64,000 nucleotides of DNA from an uncultured Verrucomicrobiae bacterium. GTDB lineage: Bacteria; Verrucomicrobiota; Verrucomicrobiia; Limisphaerales; Palsa-1400. How positions within the stretch are numbered: position 1 is the stretch's first letter; each line of letters starts with the position of its first letter. Location of the stretch: positions 1-64,000 of the forward strand of contig CAVPOM010000007.1 of assembly GCA_963707025.1 (NCBI GenBank). The letters run 5' to 3'. A model generated the notes under the pieces. It was not told where the DNA came from, searched no databases, and worked only from the letters and a program-made list of their open reading frames with translations. The position numbers and the translations under genes were made by a program. Below, piece by piece: positions 52,599 through 62,819 of the stretch.

Positions 52599-52700
52599 AG
52601 AGTCACCGGGGATTTTCATACCTTAAACCACAAGGCAATGCAGAACCGGCCAGCGGCTCAGGCCCACCCAGGACAGGGCGCAAGCGCCAGGCGCCTCCCA

Positions 52701-53486
52701 TCACTTCCAACTCGTGAGAAGGTGTTTGTTGACGGCATTGGTGTAGAGTCCGGGTTGGCTGACATCAGCGCGTTTCATCGAGCCGAAGGACCAAATCATG
52801 GACGAGCCGGGCACGGAGAAACTGGTCGTGCCCATTAATGTTGCCCAAGTCCCTGCGTCGGTGCATTTCCCGTCATAATTCAAATCCAGCGTAATGATGT
52901 AAGGCAATCCCCACGGGTCGCGCAAGATGGTGGACGCGTCAATGCCCGCCGAATTTGTGTCCGCCGCGGCCCTGGCATTGAAAAGGGGGAGCTGGCGCGA
53001 ATTGTAAGTATGCCGGGTCACGTTGGTTTCAGGATAATAGGCGGCGTCGGTCAAAATCGAGATCACCTCGGAATTGACGTTTTGATATTTGCTGTTCGGA
53101 GTCTGTACGTTCTGACTGATGACGCTCGGGCCCACAATTATCTTGCCCTCCAAAGGCGACTGTGGAGCACTAGTGCCCTTCACATACGTGCCATACGTAA
53201 AATCGGAGCCAAGACCGGTTCCAAGCGGATTCGCCAGATTACCGGCTGCGGCGACGGCGAGCGAGGAAGCCGGCAGGCTGTTGTACTCGTTGTAATACTG
53301 GCTGATGGCGGCGCCCAAATTGGCCATCTCAACTTGCGCCATTTTTTCTTTGGCGGCGACCTTGGCCCTGGCGATCGCGGGCAACAGCATCCCGGCCAGA
53401 ATGCCGATGATGGCGATGACCACCAGCAACTCGATCAGTGTGAACGCAACTGCGTTGCCATGCTGTTCTGGAGATTTGTTTTTCAT
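52701..53486 (-). CDS. Type IV pilin / GspG-like prepilin protein (tandem paralogue)
   Basis: [23 protein letters not shown] and DPWGLPY. Confidence 0.88.
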   Translation of the reverse strand: MKNKSPEQHGNAVAFTLIELLVVIAIIGILAGMLLPAIARAKVAAKEKMAQVEMANLGAAISQYYNEYNSLPASSLAVAAAGNLANPLGTGLGSDFTYGTYVKGTSAPQSPLEGKIIVGPSVISQNVQTPNSKYQNVNSEVISILTDAAYYPETNVTRHTYNSRQLPLFNARAAADTNSAGIDASTILRDPWGLPYIITLDLNYDGKCTDAGTWATLMGTTSFSVPGSSMIWSFGSMKRADVSQPGLYTNAVNKHLLTSWK

Positions 53487-53762
53487 ATTCGTACCTTACC
53501 TTGCATGAGGGTTTTTGGAAAGGGCAAATTGCGGCGCGCCAGCGCATCCCGCCGTCATCGCCAGAACACGGATCCACCCGATCCGGGCCGGCGCCAAACT
53601 GCGGCGGTGCAAACTCAAATCCTTCCTCCTCACATCTGTTCTATACACCACCTCCGGGCAAAAGTGAAGCTTTTATTTGACCGCCCGCGCGTTTTTTTTC
53701 AAAGGCCGTCGCTAACTTCCTCCTTTAAAAACGGCCCGTTTCGGGTATGTTCGTCTGCGTTT

Positions 53763-54143
53763 ATGCCGACTTACGAATATATCTGCTCCAAGTGCGGACA
53801 TACCTTTGAGAAAATTCAGTCCATCAAGGCCAACGCCCTGACCGTCTGCCCGCGCGACGTCTGCACGCAGAAGCCCTGGGGCAAAGGCAAAGTGCTGCGC
53901 CGCATCGGCTTGGGCGGGGGGCTGCTGTTCAAGGGAAGCGGCTTTTACACCACCGATTACCGCAGCGAGAATTACAAGGCCGCCGCCAAAAAGGACACGG
54001 CCGCGCAAACACCCGCCAAAAAAGAAGGCAAACCGGAAACGTCAACCGGCGGCACAGGCGGAAAGCCCGCCGCCTCAGACAGCGCGGCAAAGTCCGGCGC
54101 CCCGCCGCCAGCCGCGCCGGCCGGGGGAAAAGAAAGCAGTTAG
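53763..54143 (+). CDS. FmdB family zinc-ribbon protein
   Basis: MPTYEYICSKCGHTFE..CP...C..FKGSGFYTTDY with a low-complexity tail. Confidence 0.9.
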   Translation: MPTYEYICSKCGHTFEKIQSIKANALTVCPRDVCTQKPWGKGKVLRRIGLGGGLLFKGSGFYTTDYRSENYKAAAKKDTAAQTPAKKEGKPETSTGGTGGKPAASDSAAKSGAPPPAAPAGGKESS

Positions 54144-54583
54144 CGAATTGCCAGCGCGATGTTCAGTTGCTCGCAAGCCAGCTTGATATGCTCCAGGCCG
54201 TGCCCCCGTAATCCACCGCTCGCCTGCCGCAGCAAGGCGGCCGCGCTGCGAAGCTGCGCGTCAGAGGCTCCTTGCGGCTCATGGCGCCTTCCCTCGCCGC
54301 GCGGATTTATCCCCAGATGTTTGGCGGCGGCTTCGATTTGCTTCATCGCCCTGACCCGGTGTCCCTTGTAGTCATGGTCCGCCTCCGCGAGCAATCCGTA
54401 AGCCTCCCGCAGCATGCCCGCCTCGGCGCCGTCATTGGGGATGGTCTCTGCCGGCCATCGGGCGGCCGGCGCCAGAGGGATACCCTTCTGCGCCTTTGCT
54501 TCGCCAGCCAGACTGAGTGAACAGATCGCCGCCAACACCCAGGCCGCCGGGCGCGAGCCCACGATCGAAGAGAGAGTTTTCAT
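54140..54583 (-). CDS. Small secreted helical hypothetical protein
   Basis: Signal peptide, then DHDYKGHRVRAMKQIEAA and EPQGASDAQLR. Confidence 0.65.
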   Translation of the reverse strand: MKTLSSIVGSRPAAWVLAAICSLSLAGEAKAQKGIPLAPAARWPAETIPNDGAEAGMLREAYGLLAEADHDYKGHRVRAMKQIEAAAKHLGINPRGEGRRHEPQGASDAQLRSAAALLRQASGGLRGHGLEHIKLACEQLNIALAIR

Positions 54584-54667
54584 GCCCCTAACTTAACTGC
54601 ATCCGCCGCCTTGTCAATTTTTGCTAAACAGGGTCAAGATTCTTTCCCCTCTGACCGATAATGTAGC

Positions 54668-56461
54668 ATGTCATGTACACGCGTTGAAGTACAGCGGCTC
54701 AACCGGCTTTATTATGCTTCCAGCCGGGTCAGCCAGACGATGGTTCAGCCGCCGCCGGAAGAGAGGGTCGCGCCGCAAATCTGCCAGCGCCTGGTCAGCG
54801 ACGGCGGCTTTGTGCTGGCCTGGATTGGGCGGCAGGAGGCGCAGAGCGGCGCCATTGTGCCGATCTGTTGGACTGGGATGACGGCCTATGACCTGGAGCA
54901 AATAAACTTGCTGGCCCAAGCGGGAGCGGACAACCGCGGTCTGGCCCAGGCGGCGCTGGCCGGGGCAAAAACGGTGGTCTGCAACGATTATGCGGCCCAC
55001 AGCCTGACGCTCCCATGCGGCCAGTTGGCCCAAAAGGCCGGCATAGGCGCCGCGGCGGCTTTTCCGATCCAATGCGGTGAGGGGGCGGCGGGCGTTTTGT
55101 GCCTCTATTCTTCGGAGCCGGATTTTTTTAACGGGAAGGAGATTTTCCTGCTGGAGGAACTGGCGGAGAATGTCTCCACGGGCCTGCGGCATTTGGAACA
55201 GGAAGCCAGGCAAAAGGCCGAATTGAGCAGCGAACGAAGCTTCCTCTGCGCCCTGATGGACAATTCCTGGAACCTCATCTACTTCAAGGACCTCAACTCG
55301 CGGTTTATCCGGTGCAGCAGAGGATTGCACGAACGCTTCGGCACCAGCCACGAGGAAATCGTCGGAAAATCAGACTTCGATTTTTTCCGCGAGGAACACG
55401 CCTGGGAAGCCTTTCAAGACGAGCAGAACATCATCCGCACCGGCCAGGCCCTGGTCGGCAAGATCGAAAAGGAAACCTGGAAGCTGGGCCGCGACACCTG
55501 GTGCATCACGGCCAAAATGCCCTTGCGCAACGATCAGGGCGACATCATCGGCACCATGGGCATCTCCAAGGATTTTACGGCCGTCAAGGAGGCGGAGGCC
55601 AAGTTGCAGGAAATGCACGGCCAACTGGTCGAAGCCTCCCGCGTGGCGGGCATGGCCGAAGTCGCCACCAGCATTCTCCACAACGTCGGCAACGTCCTCA
55701 ACAGCGCCAACGTTTCCTGCTCCGTCGTCAGCGATAAAATCCGCAATTCCAGGATTGTCAACGTCACCAAACTGGCCGACCTCCTCAAGGATAACGCCGC
55801 CGATCTCCCCGGCTTCCTCGCCAGCCCCAAAGGCCGCCAGTGGCCGGCTTACTTGGCCGGCCTCGCCACCCACCTGGCGGCCGAACGGGAGGAGATGTTG
55901 GGCGAACTCCAGTCCCTGGCCACCAACATCGAACACATCAAGGAAATCGTCGCCGCCCAGCAAAGCTACGCCCGCACCGCCGGGGTGATCGAATCGGTCC
56001 ATCTTCCCGATTTGGTGGAGGACGCCCTCAACATGCACAAAGGGGCCATGGGCCGCCATTCCGTCAAGATCATCCGCCAATTCAGCGACACCCCGCCCGT
56101 CCTGGTGGACAAACACAAAGTCCTCCAAATCCTCATCAACCTTCTCCACAACTCCAAATACGCCGTGGATGAAGGCTGCCCCCCGGAAAAACAGGTCACC
56201 GTCCGGGTCGAAAAAAATGGCGGCAACACCGTGCGCGTCTCGGTCATTGACAATGGCGTGGGCATTCCCAAGGAGCATTTGTCCCGGATTTTCGAGCACG
56301 GTTTCACCACCCGCAAAGGCGGCCATGGCTTTGGGCTGCACAGCGGCGCCCTCACCGCCAGGGAATTGGGCGGCACCCTGACTGCGCAGAGCGAGGGCTT
56401 GGGCAAGGGGGCCACCTTCGTCCTCGAATTGCCGGTCGAACCAAGGAAAACGACCCTGTGA
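54668..56461 (+). CDS. Cytoplasmic GAF-PAS sensor histidine kinase
   Basis: GAF (LAWIG..AAAFPI..LCLYS), PAS (IYFKD..GKSDFDFF..PLRNDQGDIIG), H-box ILHNVGNVLN, FEHGFTTRKGGHGFGL. Confidence 0.92.
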   Translation: MSCTRVEVQRLNRLYYASSRVSQTMVQPPPEERVAPQICQRLVSDGGFVLAWIGRQEAQSGAIVPICWTGMTAYDLEQINLLAQAGADNRGLAQAALAGAKTVVCNDYAAHSLTLPCGQLAQKAGIGAAAAFPIQCGEGAAGVLCLYSSEPDFFNGKEIFLLEELAENVSTGLRHLEQEARQKAELSSERSFLCALMDNSWNLIYFKDLNSRFIRCSRGLHERFGTSHEEIVGKSDFDFFREEHAWEAFQDEQNIIRTGQALVGKIEKETWKLGRDTWCITAKMPLRNDQGDIIGTMGISKDFTAVKEAEAKLQEMHGQLVEASRVAGMAEVATSILHNVGNVLNSANVSCSVVSDKIRNSRIVNVTKLADLLKDNAADLPGFLASPKGRQWPAYLAGLATHLAAEREEMLGELQSLATNIEHIKEIVAAQQSYARTAGVIESVHLPDLVEDALNMHKGAMGRHSVKIIRQFSDTPPVLVDKHKVLQILINLLHNSKYAVDEGCPPEKQVTVRVEKNGGNTVRVSVIDNGVGIPKEHLSRIFEHGFTTRKGGHGFGLHSGALTARELGGTLTAQSEGLGKGATFVLELPVEPRKTTL

Positions 56462-58623
56462 CCTCGCCCGTGGAAAAGAATCTGCGCATCCTGGTGGTGG
56501 ATGACAACCGGGCCGTGCATGATGATTTTCGCAAAATCCTGTGCAGCGGCAAGGAATCCAGCGCCGGGCTGGCCGCGGCCGAACAAGTGCTTTTCGGCGA
56601 GCCGGCCGCCGACGGGCAGGTGCCCGCCTTCCAACTCGATTCCGCCTATCAAGGCGAAGAGGGCCTGGCCAAGGTCCAGCAAGCCGCCGCCGCCGGCCGC
56701 CCTTACGCCCTGGCCTTCGTGGACGTGCGCATGCCGCCGGGATGGGATGGGGTGGAAACCGCCGTGCGCCTCTGGGAAAATTGCCCGGACTTGCAGATCG
56801 TCATTTGCACCGCTTACTCCGACTATTCCTGGAACGGCATGCTGGCCCGCCTGGGCAACCACGACCAGTTGCTCATCCTCAAAAAACCCTTTGACACCAT
56901 GGAAGTCCTCCAACTGGCCCACGCCCTGACCGAGAAATGGCGCCTCCACCAGGCCGTCGCCCTCAAACTCGAGCAGTTGGAAGAACTGGTGCGGAAAAGC
57001 ACCTCCGACCTCCGCTCCAGCAACGAAAGCCTCCAGAGCGAAATCATCGGCCGCAAGGACGCCGAAGAGCGCATCCGCGAACAGGCCCGCATGCTCGATC
57101 TGGCCCACGACGCCATCCATGTCCGCGATCTGGACGGCTACATCCGCTACTGGAACCAGAGCGCCGAACGCCTCTATGGCTGGGCTGCGGCCGAAGTCCT
57201 CGGCACCCGCATCGCCGACTTATATTGCGCCGACGCCGCCGACCTGGAGCAGGAACGCCAGGCCCGCGCCCAAGCCGGACAGGGCGACTGGAGCGGTGAA
57301 CTCAACCGCCTGGCCAAAAGCGGCCGGCCCATCCTCGTCCACAGCCGCTGGACCCTGGTGCGCGATCCCGGGGGCCAGCCCAAATCCATCCTCGTCATTG
57401 ACACCGACATCACCGCGAAGAAGAAACTCGAAGCCCAATTCCTCCACGCCCACCGCATGGACAGCATCGGCACCCTGGCCGCCGGCATCGCCCACGATCT
57501 CAACAACATCCTGGCCCCGGTCCTCATGATCGGCCCCTTGCTCCGCGCCGAAATCAAGGACCCCGGCACCCTCGGTCTGCTCGACTCCATGGAAGCCGGC
57601 GCCCAGCGCGGAGCCAACATTGTCAAACAAATCCTCACCTTTGCCCGCGGCGCCAAAAACGCCAAAGCCCCCCTCCAAACCTTCCGCCTCCTCAAGGAGT
57701 TCTCCGGCTTCATCCGCGAGACCTTTCCCAAGAACATCGCCTTGCATTGCGATGTCCCCAAGGACCTTTGGCTGATCGAGGGCAACAGCACCGAATTGCA
57801 CCAAGTGCTCGTCAACCTCTGCCTCAACGCCCGCGAAGCCATGCCCCAGGGCGGCACCCTCTCTCTCTCCGCCATGAACCTGGCTCTGGATGAAACCACC
57901 GCCGCCTCCATCCCCAACGCCAAAGCCGGACGTTACGTGGTCTGGGCGGTCGCCGACACCGGCGCCGGCATCGCCCCCAGGAACTTGGACCGCGTCTTCG
58001 ATCCATTCTTCACCACCAAGGAAGTCGGCAAAGGCCCGGGCCTGGGCTTGTCCACCGTCCTGGGCATTGTCCACGGCGGCGGCGGCTGCCTTCAATTGAA
58101 AAGCCAATTGGGCCGCGGCACCGAAGTCAAAGTCTATCTCCCCGCCCTTCCCGCCGGCACGCCCCAGCCCGGCAAACTCCTCCCCGAACCGCCCCGCGGC
58201 GCGGGCGAGCTGATCCTTGTTATTGACGGTGACGATGCCCTCGCCGCCGTCCTGCAAAAAGTCCTCACCGCCTCCGGCTACCGCGTCCTGGTCAGTTCCG
58301 AGGAAACGGAGGCCGTGGAACTCTACCGCCGCAACTGGCGGCAAATCGGCGCCGTGCTGGCGGACCCGATGATGCCCGACATGGAGAAAGTCTTCAGCAC
58401 CCTGCGGCAGATCAATCCCGCCATCATCCTGGTGGCCAGCAGCACCATGTCCCCCGGCCAAATCCCTGCCGCCTGGCGCGTCCCGGACGAACTTTTCCTG
58501 CGCAAACCCTATCAAACCAGCGCGCTCCTGGACACCTTGCGCCACGTCCTCCGCCTCGGGGACCGCTCTGCCTCCGCCCCGCCGCAACAGCCCGATCCCC
58601 GTTACGAGCTTATTCTGCGTTAG
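56458..58623 (+). CDS. REC-PAS-HisKA-HATPase-REC hybrid kinase
   Basis: ILVVDDN..FVDVRMPPGWDG, PAS YWNQSAERLYGW, GIAHDLNNIL, FDPFFTTKEVGKG and a C-terminal REC domain. Confidence 0.92.
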   Translation: MTSPVEKNLRILVVDDNRAVHDDFRKILCSGKESSAGLAAAEQVLFGEPAADGQVPAFQLDSAYQGEEGLAKVQQAAAAGRPYALAFVDVRMPPGWDGVETAVRLWENCPDLQIVICTAYSDYSWNGMLARLGNHDQLLILKKPFDTMEVLQLAHALTEKWRLHQAVALKLEQLEELVRKSTSDLRSSNESLQSEIIGRKDAEERIREQARMLDLAHDAIHVRDLDGYIRYWNQSAERLYGWAAAEVLGTRIADLYCADAADLEQERQARAQAGQGDWSGELNRLAKSGRPILVHSRWTLVRDPGGQPKSILVIDTDITAKKKLEAQFLHAHRMDSIGTLAAGIAHDLNNILAPVLMIGPLLRAEIKDPGTLGLLDSMEAGAQRGANIVKQILTFARGAKNAKAPLQTFRLLKEFSGFIRETFPKNIALHCDVPKDLWLIEGNSTELHQVLVNLCLNAREAMPQGGTLSLSAMNLALDETTAASIPNAKAGRYVVWAVADTGAGIAPRNLDRVFDPFFTTKEVGKGPGLGLSTVLGIVHGGGGCLQLKSQLGRGTEVKVYLPALPAGTPQPGKLLPEPPRGAGELILVIDGDDALAAVLQKVLTASGYRVLVSSEETEAVELYRRNWRQIGAVLADPMMPDMEKVFSTLRQINPAIILVASSTMSPGQIPAAWRVPDELFLRKPYQTSALLDTLRHVLRLGDRSASAPPQQPDPRYELILR

Positions 58624-58749
58624 CGCGGATTAAAAAATGATGTGGCCAAAATGAAGCTTCTCCCTCTCCTCCTCAGGAGGAGAGGGCACGGGTGAGGAGG
58701 CCGTTTGGTCAGCTTCGGTGCGGCTACAGTTTTCATGAAATTGCTCTAG
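58620..58749. mobile_element. MITE-like element, copy B (opposite orientation to copy A)
   Basis: Left end TTAGCGCGGATTAAAAAATGATGTGGCCAAAATGAAG. Right end (reverse complement) CTAGAGCAATTTCATGAAAACTGTAGCCGCA. Confidence 0.65.
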
Positions 58750-58871
58750 CGTGAGGCGTTTCATCCAGCCAAGGGTGGTCGTGGCAGGATTCGCCCGGAT
58801 GGCGCAGTGGATTGCGCCGCCACAAAATTGCCGGGCGTTTTTTTTGATCCGGGCATAAAAAGATGCCTGGA

Positions 58872-60480
58872 TTAACTGAGCCAGGCATACACCGCCACAA
58901 TCAGACCAACCGCGGCCGCCAAGATCACGCTGTGCTTCAGGGTAAAGCGAAAGAGCCTGGCCTCGTCGGAGGTGGGCAGGCCGGTCGCCGCCGCCGCCAC
59001 GGCGATGCTCGACAAGCTGATCATTTTTCCCATCACGCCACCACTGGCATTTGCCGCCGCCATCAGAATCGGATCCAATCCCAACCGTGCGGCGGTCACT
59101 GCCTGCAGGTTGCCAAACAGAGCATTCGACGACGTGTCGCTGCCCACCAGGAAGACCCCCAACCAGCCGAGCAGAGCGCTGAAGAATGGAAACGCGCGGC
59201 CAGTCGAGGCAAACGCCAGCCCCAGCGTCACCGTGGCCCCGCTATAGTTCATCAGGAACGCGAACGAAAGCACGGCGGCAATGGTCAGGAGTGGAAAAGC
59301 CAGTTGCCGCATCGAAATTGCCATGACTTTGCCAAACTGCCTTGGCGTCACACGGAGGAACAAGCTTGCCAACAGCACGGCCAACAGGCAGGCGGTTCCA
59401 GAACGCCGTCATAAAATTCAGCTTGTACACCGCCGGGGAGGCCGAAGCCGCGGGTGCCGCCGCCGGGATGCTTTGTCCGGCGCTCGGCAGCCCCGGCCAT
59501 TGAAATGTGATGGTCAACCGGTCCAACGGCTGCTTTACCGCGTCCAGTCCCCACAGAAACACCAGCAGAACCAGCAGGAGGTAAGGAAGCCAAGCCATGA
59601 GTACTTGCCTTGCGCCATGCCTGGCCGGCCGGTCAGAGTCCGGTTCATCCGCGAGCGTGAACTTATCCTTCGGCTTCCAGAGCTTGAGGAGAACGACCAG
59701 TGATCCCATCGCCGCGAGCGAACTGAGGATGGCGGTGAGTTGCGGGCCGAGAAGACTCGAAACCAGGAATTGCACGCCGGCGTAGGCGGCTCCGCACAGC
59801 AGCGCCGCCGGCAGAACACCCTTCAAGGCCGGCCGGCCGCCCATGAGCAGGATTAAATAGGCGGGGATGATCAGCGACACCGGCGCGCAGATGCGGCCCA
59901 CCCACCTGCTCAGATCCGGCACGGGCAACCCGGTGACACCCGCCAAAGTAATGATCGGTATGCCAATGGAGCCGAAAGCCACGGGAGCCGTATTGGCCAG
60001 CAGGCAAATGCCAGCGGCATGAAAGCGCGAGAAGCCAAGGCCCGTCAGCATCGCGGCGGCAATTGCGACCGGCGCTCCAAACCCGGCCGCGCCTTCGAGA
60101 AACGCTCCGAAGGAGAAGGCGATCAGCAGCGCTTGCAGACGCCGGTCCCGCGTCAAGCCTCCGATCGAGTCCTTCAGGATTTCAAAGTTGCCTGTTTCCA
60201 GCGTAAGCCGGTAAAGAATGATCGCCCAGACCAGGATCCACCCAATGGGAAAAAGGCCAAAGGCCGCGCCATAGCTCATCGCCGCCAGCATGGTTCCGAC
60301 CGGCATGCCATAGGCGCAACGGGCGACCACCAAGGCCGCTCCCAGTCCGAAAAGAGCCGCCACCCACGCCGGCGTTCGTTTCACACCCAGCAGATACAGC
60401 ACGACAAATATCGGCAGCGCCGCGACCAACGCGGAAAAACCGGGGGAACCTGGGAACGGCATGCTGTTTTGTTGCCACAT
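58872..60480 (-). CDS. lctP: L-lactate/glycolate permease (LctP family), apparent indel near 59400
   Basis: DRRLQALLIAFSFGAFLEGAAGFGAPVAI and ANTAPVAFGSIG. The second frame supplies GSDTSSNALFGNLQ and GGVMGKMIS. Confidence 0.9.
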
Positions 60481-60495
60481 AAGCAATTGTTCCCG

Positions 60496-61812
60496 TCATT
60501 GCAACAATAGCGCCAGGTCGGACACATTGGCGCCGGTGGGACCGGTGATGAGCTGGGCGCCGGTTTTCTCAAAAAAGGTTTGTGAGTCAAAACGATTTAA
60601 ATAATCCGCGATGTCCAGGCCAAGGCGCCGGGCCTTTTCCGCCGTGGCACGGTCAGCGACGGCTCCGGCGCCGGCGCCGTTGTCCTGGCCGTCGGAAGCG
60701 AAGGAGATGAAAACTTGACCGCCCTTGATGTGCGACAGCGCGTGCAGGGCGAGATGGTGGTTTCGCCCGCCCCGGCCAGGAACGGCGGGGACTTTCACCT
60801 GCGGTTCCCCTCCGGCCAGAACAAGGTCCGGGCGGCCAGGGCCTTGCGCGGCGTCGAACATTTTCCGCGCGACGGCGGCGGCGGGATAATAAAGGCGGTC
60901 GGAGAGAATGGTTGTTTTCAAATGCAGGGCCTGCGCCCGCTCCTGCATCGCTTGCAGCGCCGTCTGGTTGGAAACCAGGGGGAGGTTGGTCACAGCGGCA
61001 AAGTATTTCCGGTCTTTGGGCGTTTCCATCAACCGATAGCCGGCGAGATGATATTTTCCCAGAATCCGCCTGGCATTCCGCATCGTCGTTTCATCCCGAT
61101 AGGTTGGGCCCGAGGCCACCGCATCATACCTGTCTCCCGGCACGTCGGAGAATATCAGCCCGATGACGGTGGCGGGATAAAGCATTTTGGCCAGGCCGCC
61201 ACCTTTCAGGCCAGAGAGATGCTTGCGCACGGTGTTCAGTTCCACAATCGTCCCTCCCGTCCGCAAGAAATCCTGATAAAGCCGCCGGCCCTGGGCGCAT
61301 TCCGATTCCGGCCAGCACAGCAGAGACGAGCCGCCGCCTGAAACGATGACCAGCGCCAGGTCCTCTTCCTGCAGTTGTTCGGACAGCTCGACAATCTGCC
61401 GCGAGGCCCGGACATTAGCCGCCGACGGCATGGGGTGGGTGCCTTGGTGAAAAGTGAATCGTGAACCATGAGGCTTGGCGCCCGTGCCGATGATGATGCC
61501 GCCAGAAAGGCGCGACCCCAATATCCGTTCCAACGCCGCCGCCGCTGGATGGGCCGCCTTGCCGATTCCGAGGACCCGGATTCTTTGGAATCGAGCGAGG
61601 TTAATTCTCTGATCTTTGATGCGCAAAGTATCTCCTTGGAGCGACACCGATGCAGCAAAGACTTGGTCGGTATCAATGGCATTGAACGCGGCATTGACCA
61701 GGGAAAGGGCGGTTTTTCTTGGGGCGCCGGCCTCAATTTGGCCCAGGTTCTTGATCCATTGCTTCTCCAGGCCGGCGACGGCGGCCATCACGGTTGCGCG
61801 GGTTCCGGTCAT
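60496..61812 (-). CDS. Glycerate 2-kinase-like protein (DUF4147 + MOFRL)
   Basis: GIGKAA, HPMP, SGGGSSL, ELNTVRKHLSGLKGGGL, SDVPGD, ASGPT, GGE, GRGGRN, SDGQD, TGPTGANVSD. Confidence 0.9.
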   Translation of the reverse strand: MTGTRATVMAAVAGLEKQWIKNLGQIEAGAPRKTALSLVNAAFNAIDTDQVFAASVSLQGDTLRIKDQRINLARFQRIRVLGIGKAAHPAAAALERILGSRLSGGIIIGTGAKPHGSRFTFHQGTHPMPSAANVRASRQIVELSEQLQEEDLALVIVSGGGSSLLCWPESECAQGRRLYQDFLRTGGTIVELNTVRKHLSGLKGGGLAKMLYPATVIGLIFSDVPGDRYDAVASGPTYRDETTMRNARRILGKYHLAGYRLMETPKDRKYFAAVTNLPLVSNQTALQAMQERAQALHLKTTILSDRLYYPAAAVARKMFDAAQGPGRPDLVLAGGEPQVKVPAVPGRGGRNHHLALHALSHIKGGQVFISFASDGQDNGAGAGAVADRATAEKARRLGLDIADYLNRFDSQTFFEKTGAQLITGPTGANVSDLALLLQ

Positions 61813-61817
61813 GGCGG

Positions 61818-62028
61818 TCAATGGCGGGCGGCACCGACCTCGCCGGCCTCGATCAGGCACATGCGGTTGTTGACTTCTCCTTCGGGGGCGATCACTCCGT
61901 CTGCCGGGACTGCGATTCTGCCGGGCATGCACCAGGAAAACCGCCAGGGCTTGGTCATCATGGCCCGCGGAGACCGGCACTTTGCACAGGAGCTGTTTCA
62001 CCGGCAAAATGATGTCCGGATCTGCCAC
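61818..62028 (-). pseudogene. Truncated, frameshifted cyclic-nucleotide-binding domain fragment
   Basis: LLCKVPVSAGHDDQALAVFLVHAR continues in another frame as IAVPADGVIAPEGEVNNRMCLIEAGEV, resembling the start of a cNMP domain (L..VP.F..L...I..EGE....Y.I..G.V), then stops. Confidence 0.55.
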
Positions 62029-62290
62029 GGAATGCCATTGCCTTTTTAGGGCCGGGCGTGGTGGCGAGGCTGACGCGGCACTGGCGGCCTTGGTGGGAAT
62101 AGCGCTGCCAAAAAAACTTGCCGCGCAAATAGACACCCCTTAACCTTCTTTTGGCTGATGAACGAGTAGCATGAAAACAGTGCTAAAAGATTGTGCTGAT
62201 TTGCCAGACTCAAGCGGACTTCACCGGGCTTTGGCGGTTGGCCCAAGAGAAATGATTATTATGCGTAACTTGTTTATTATCAGCATGTTT

Positions 62291-62365
62291 GCGCGCTTAG
62301 CTCAGCGGTAGAGCATTACCTTCACACGGTAGGGGTCGCAGGTTCGAAACCTGCAGCGCGCACCA
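62291..62365 (+). tRNA. tRNA-Val(CAC)
   Basis: GCGCGCT/AGCGCGC acceptor stem, anticodon loop TTCACAC, GCAGGTTCGAAACCTGC T-arm, encoded CCA. Confidence 0.95.
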
Positions 62366-62819
62366 TTCACCCACCTTTGACAGACTGTGACAGAGCACGA
62401 CAGGAAGCAACTTTCCCCCCTATCTACAAGGGTTTCGTGCGGGTCTTGCAGGCTCCCGCTTGAGTCAAACGATGTCAGAGAATGACCGCTTGCGCCTAAA
62501 TCTTGTGAGGCTATTTGTGAGGCTTTCAATGACAGCTTCCTCACCGCCGCCCGCAAGCCGCCAGCGAAGTCGTGCGAGGACGACCGTGACGCAAATAACT
62601 CGAAATTGCTTTCGCCACACCGGCGGCGTGGGCCAGGGCCGATGCGAAGGAGAAACTACCAGCCCTGGCAGCTTGAATAAATCAGCAGCCGGTCTGGTTC
62701 AACTTTCCGGTTTCAACTTCTGCGTCATCCCGCGTGCGTGCTCCCCAGCCGGATCCATCAATTTTGCCTTGAATTATTCAGATGGCTTGATAAAAACAGT
62801 TCATCAAAGGGATTAGACA

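Noticed and set aside
760..59400. Frameshifts near 760, 3305, 4500, 5265, 5300, 15640, 18840, 21018, 23810 and 59400 as programmed frameshifting or phase variation
   Set aside because: No long slippery tracts or stimulatory structures are evident. Several look like merged alleles (CGGCTGCAAC twice, where other repeats have CTCAAC or CTGAAC) or short homopolymer errors, and the genes are otherwise intact. Assembly artefact is most likely; read mapping would settle it.
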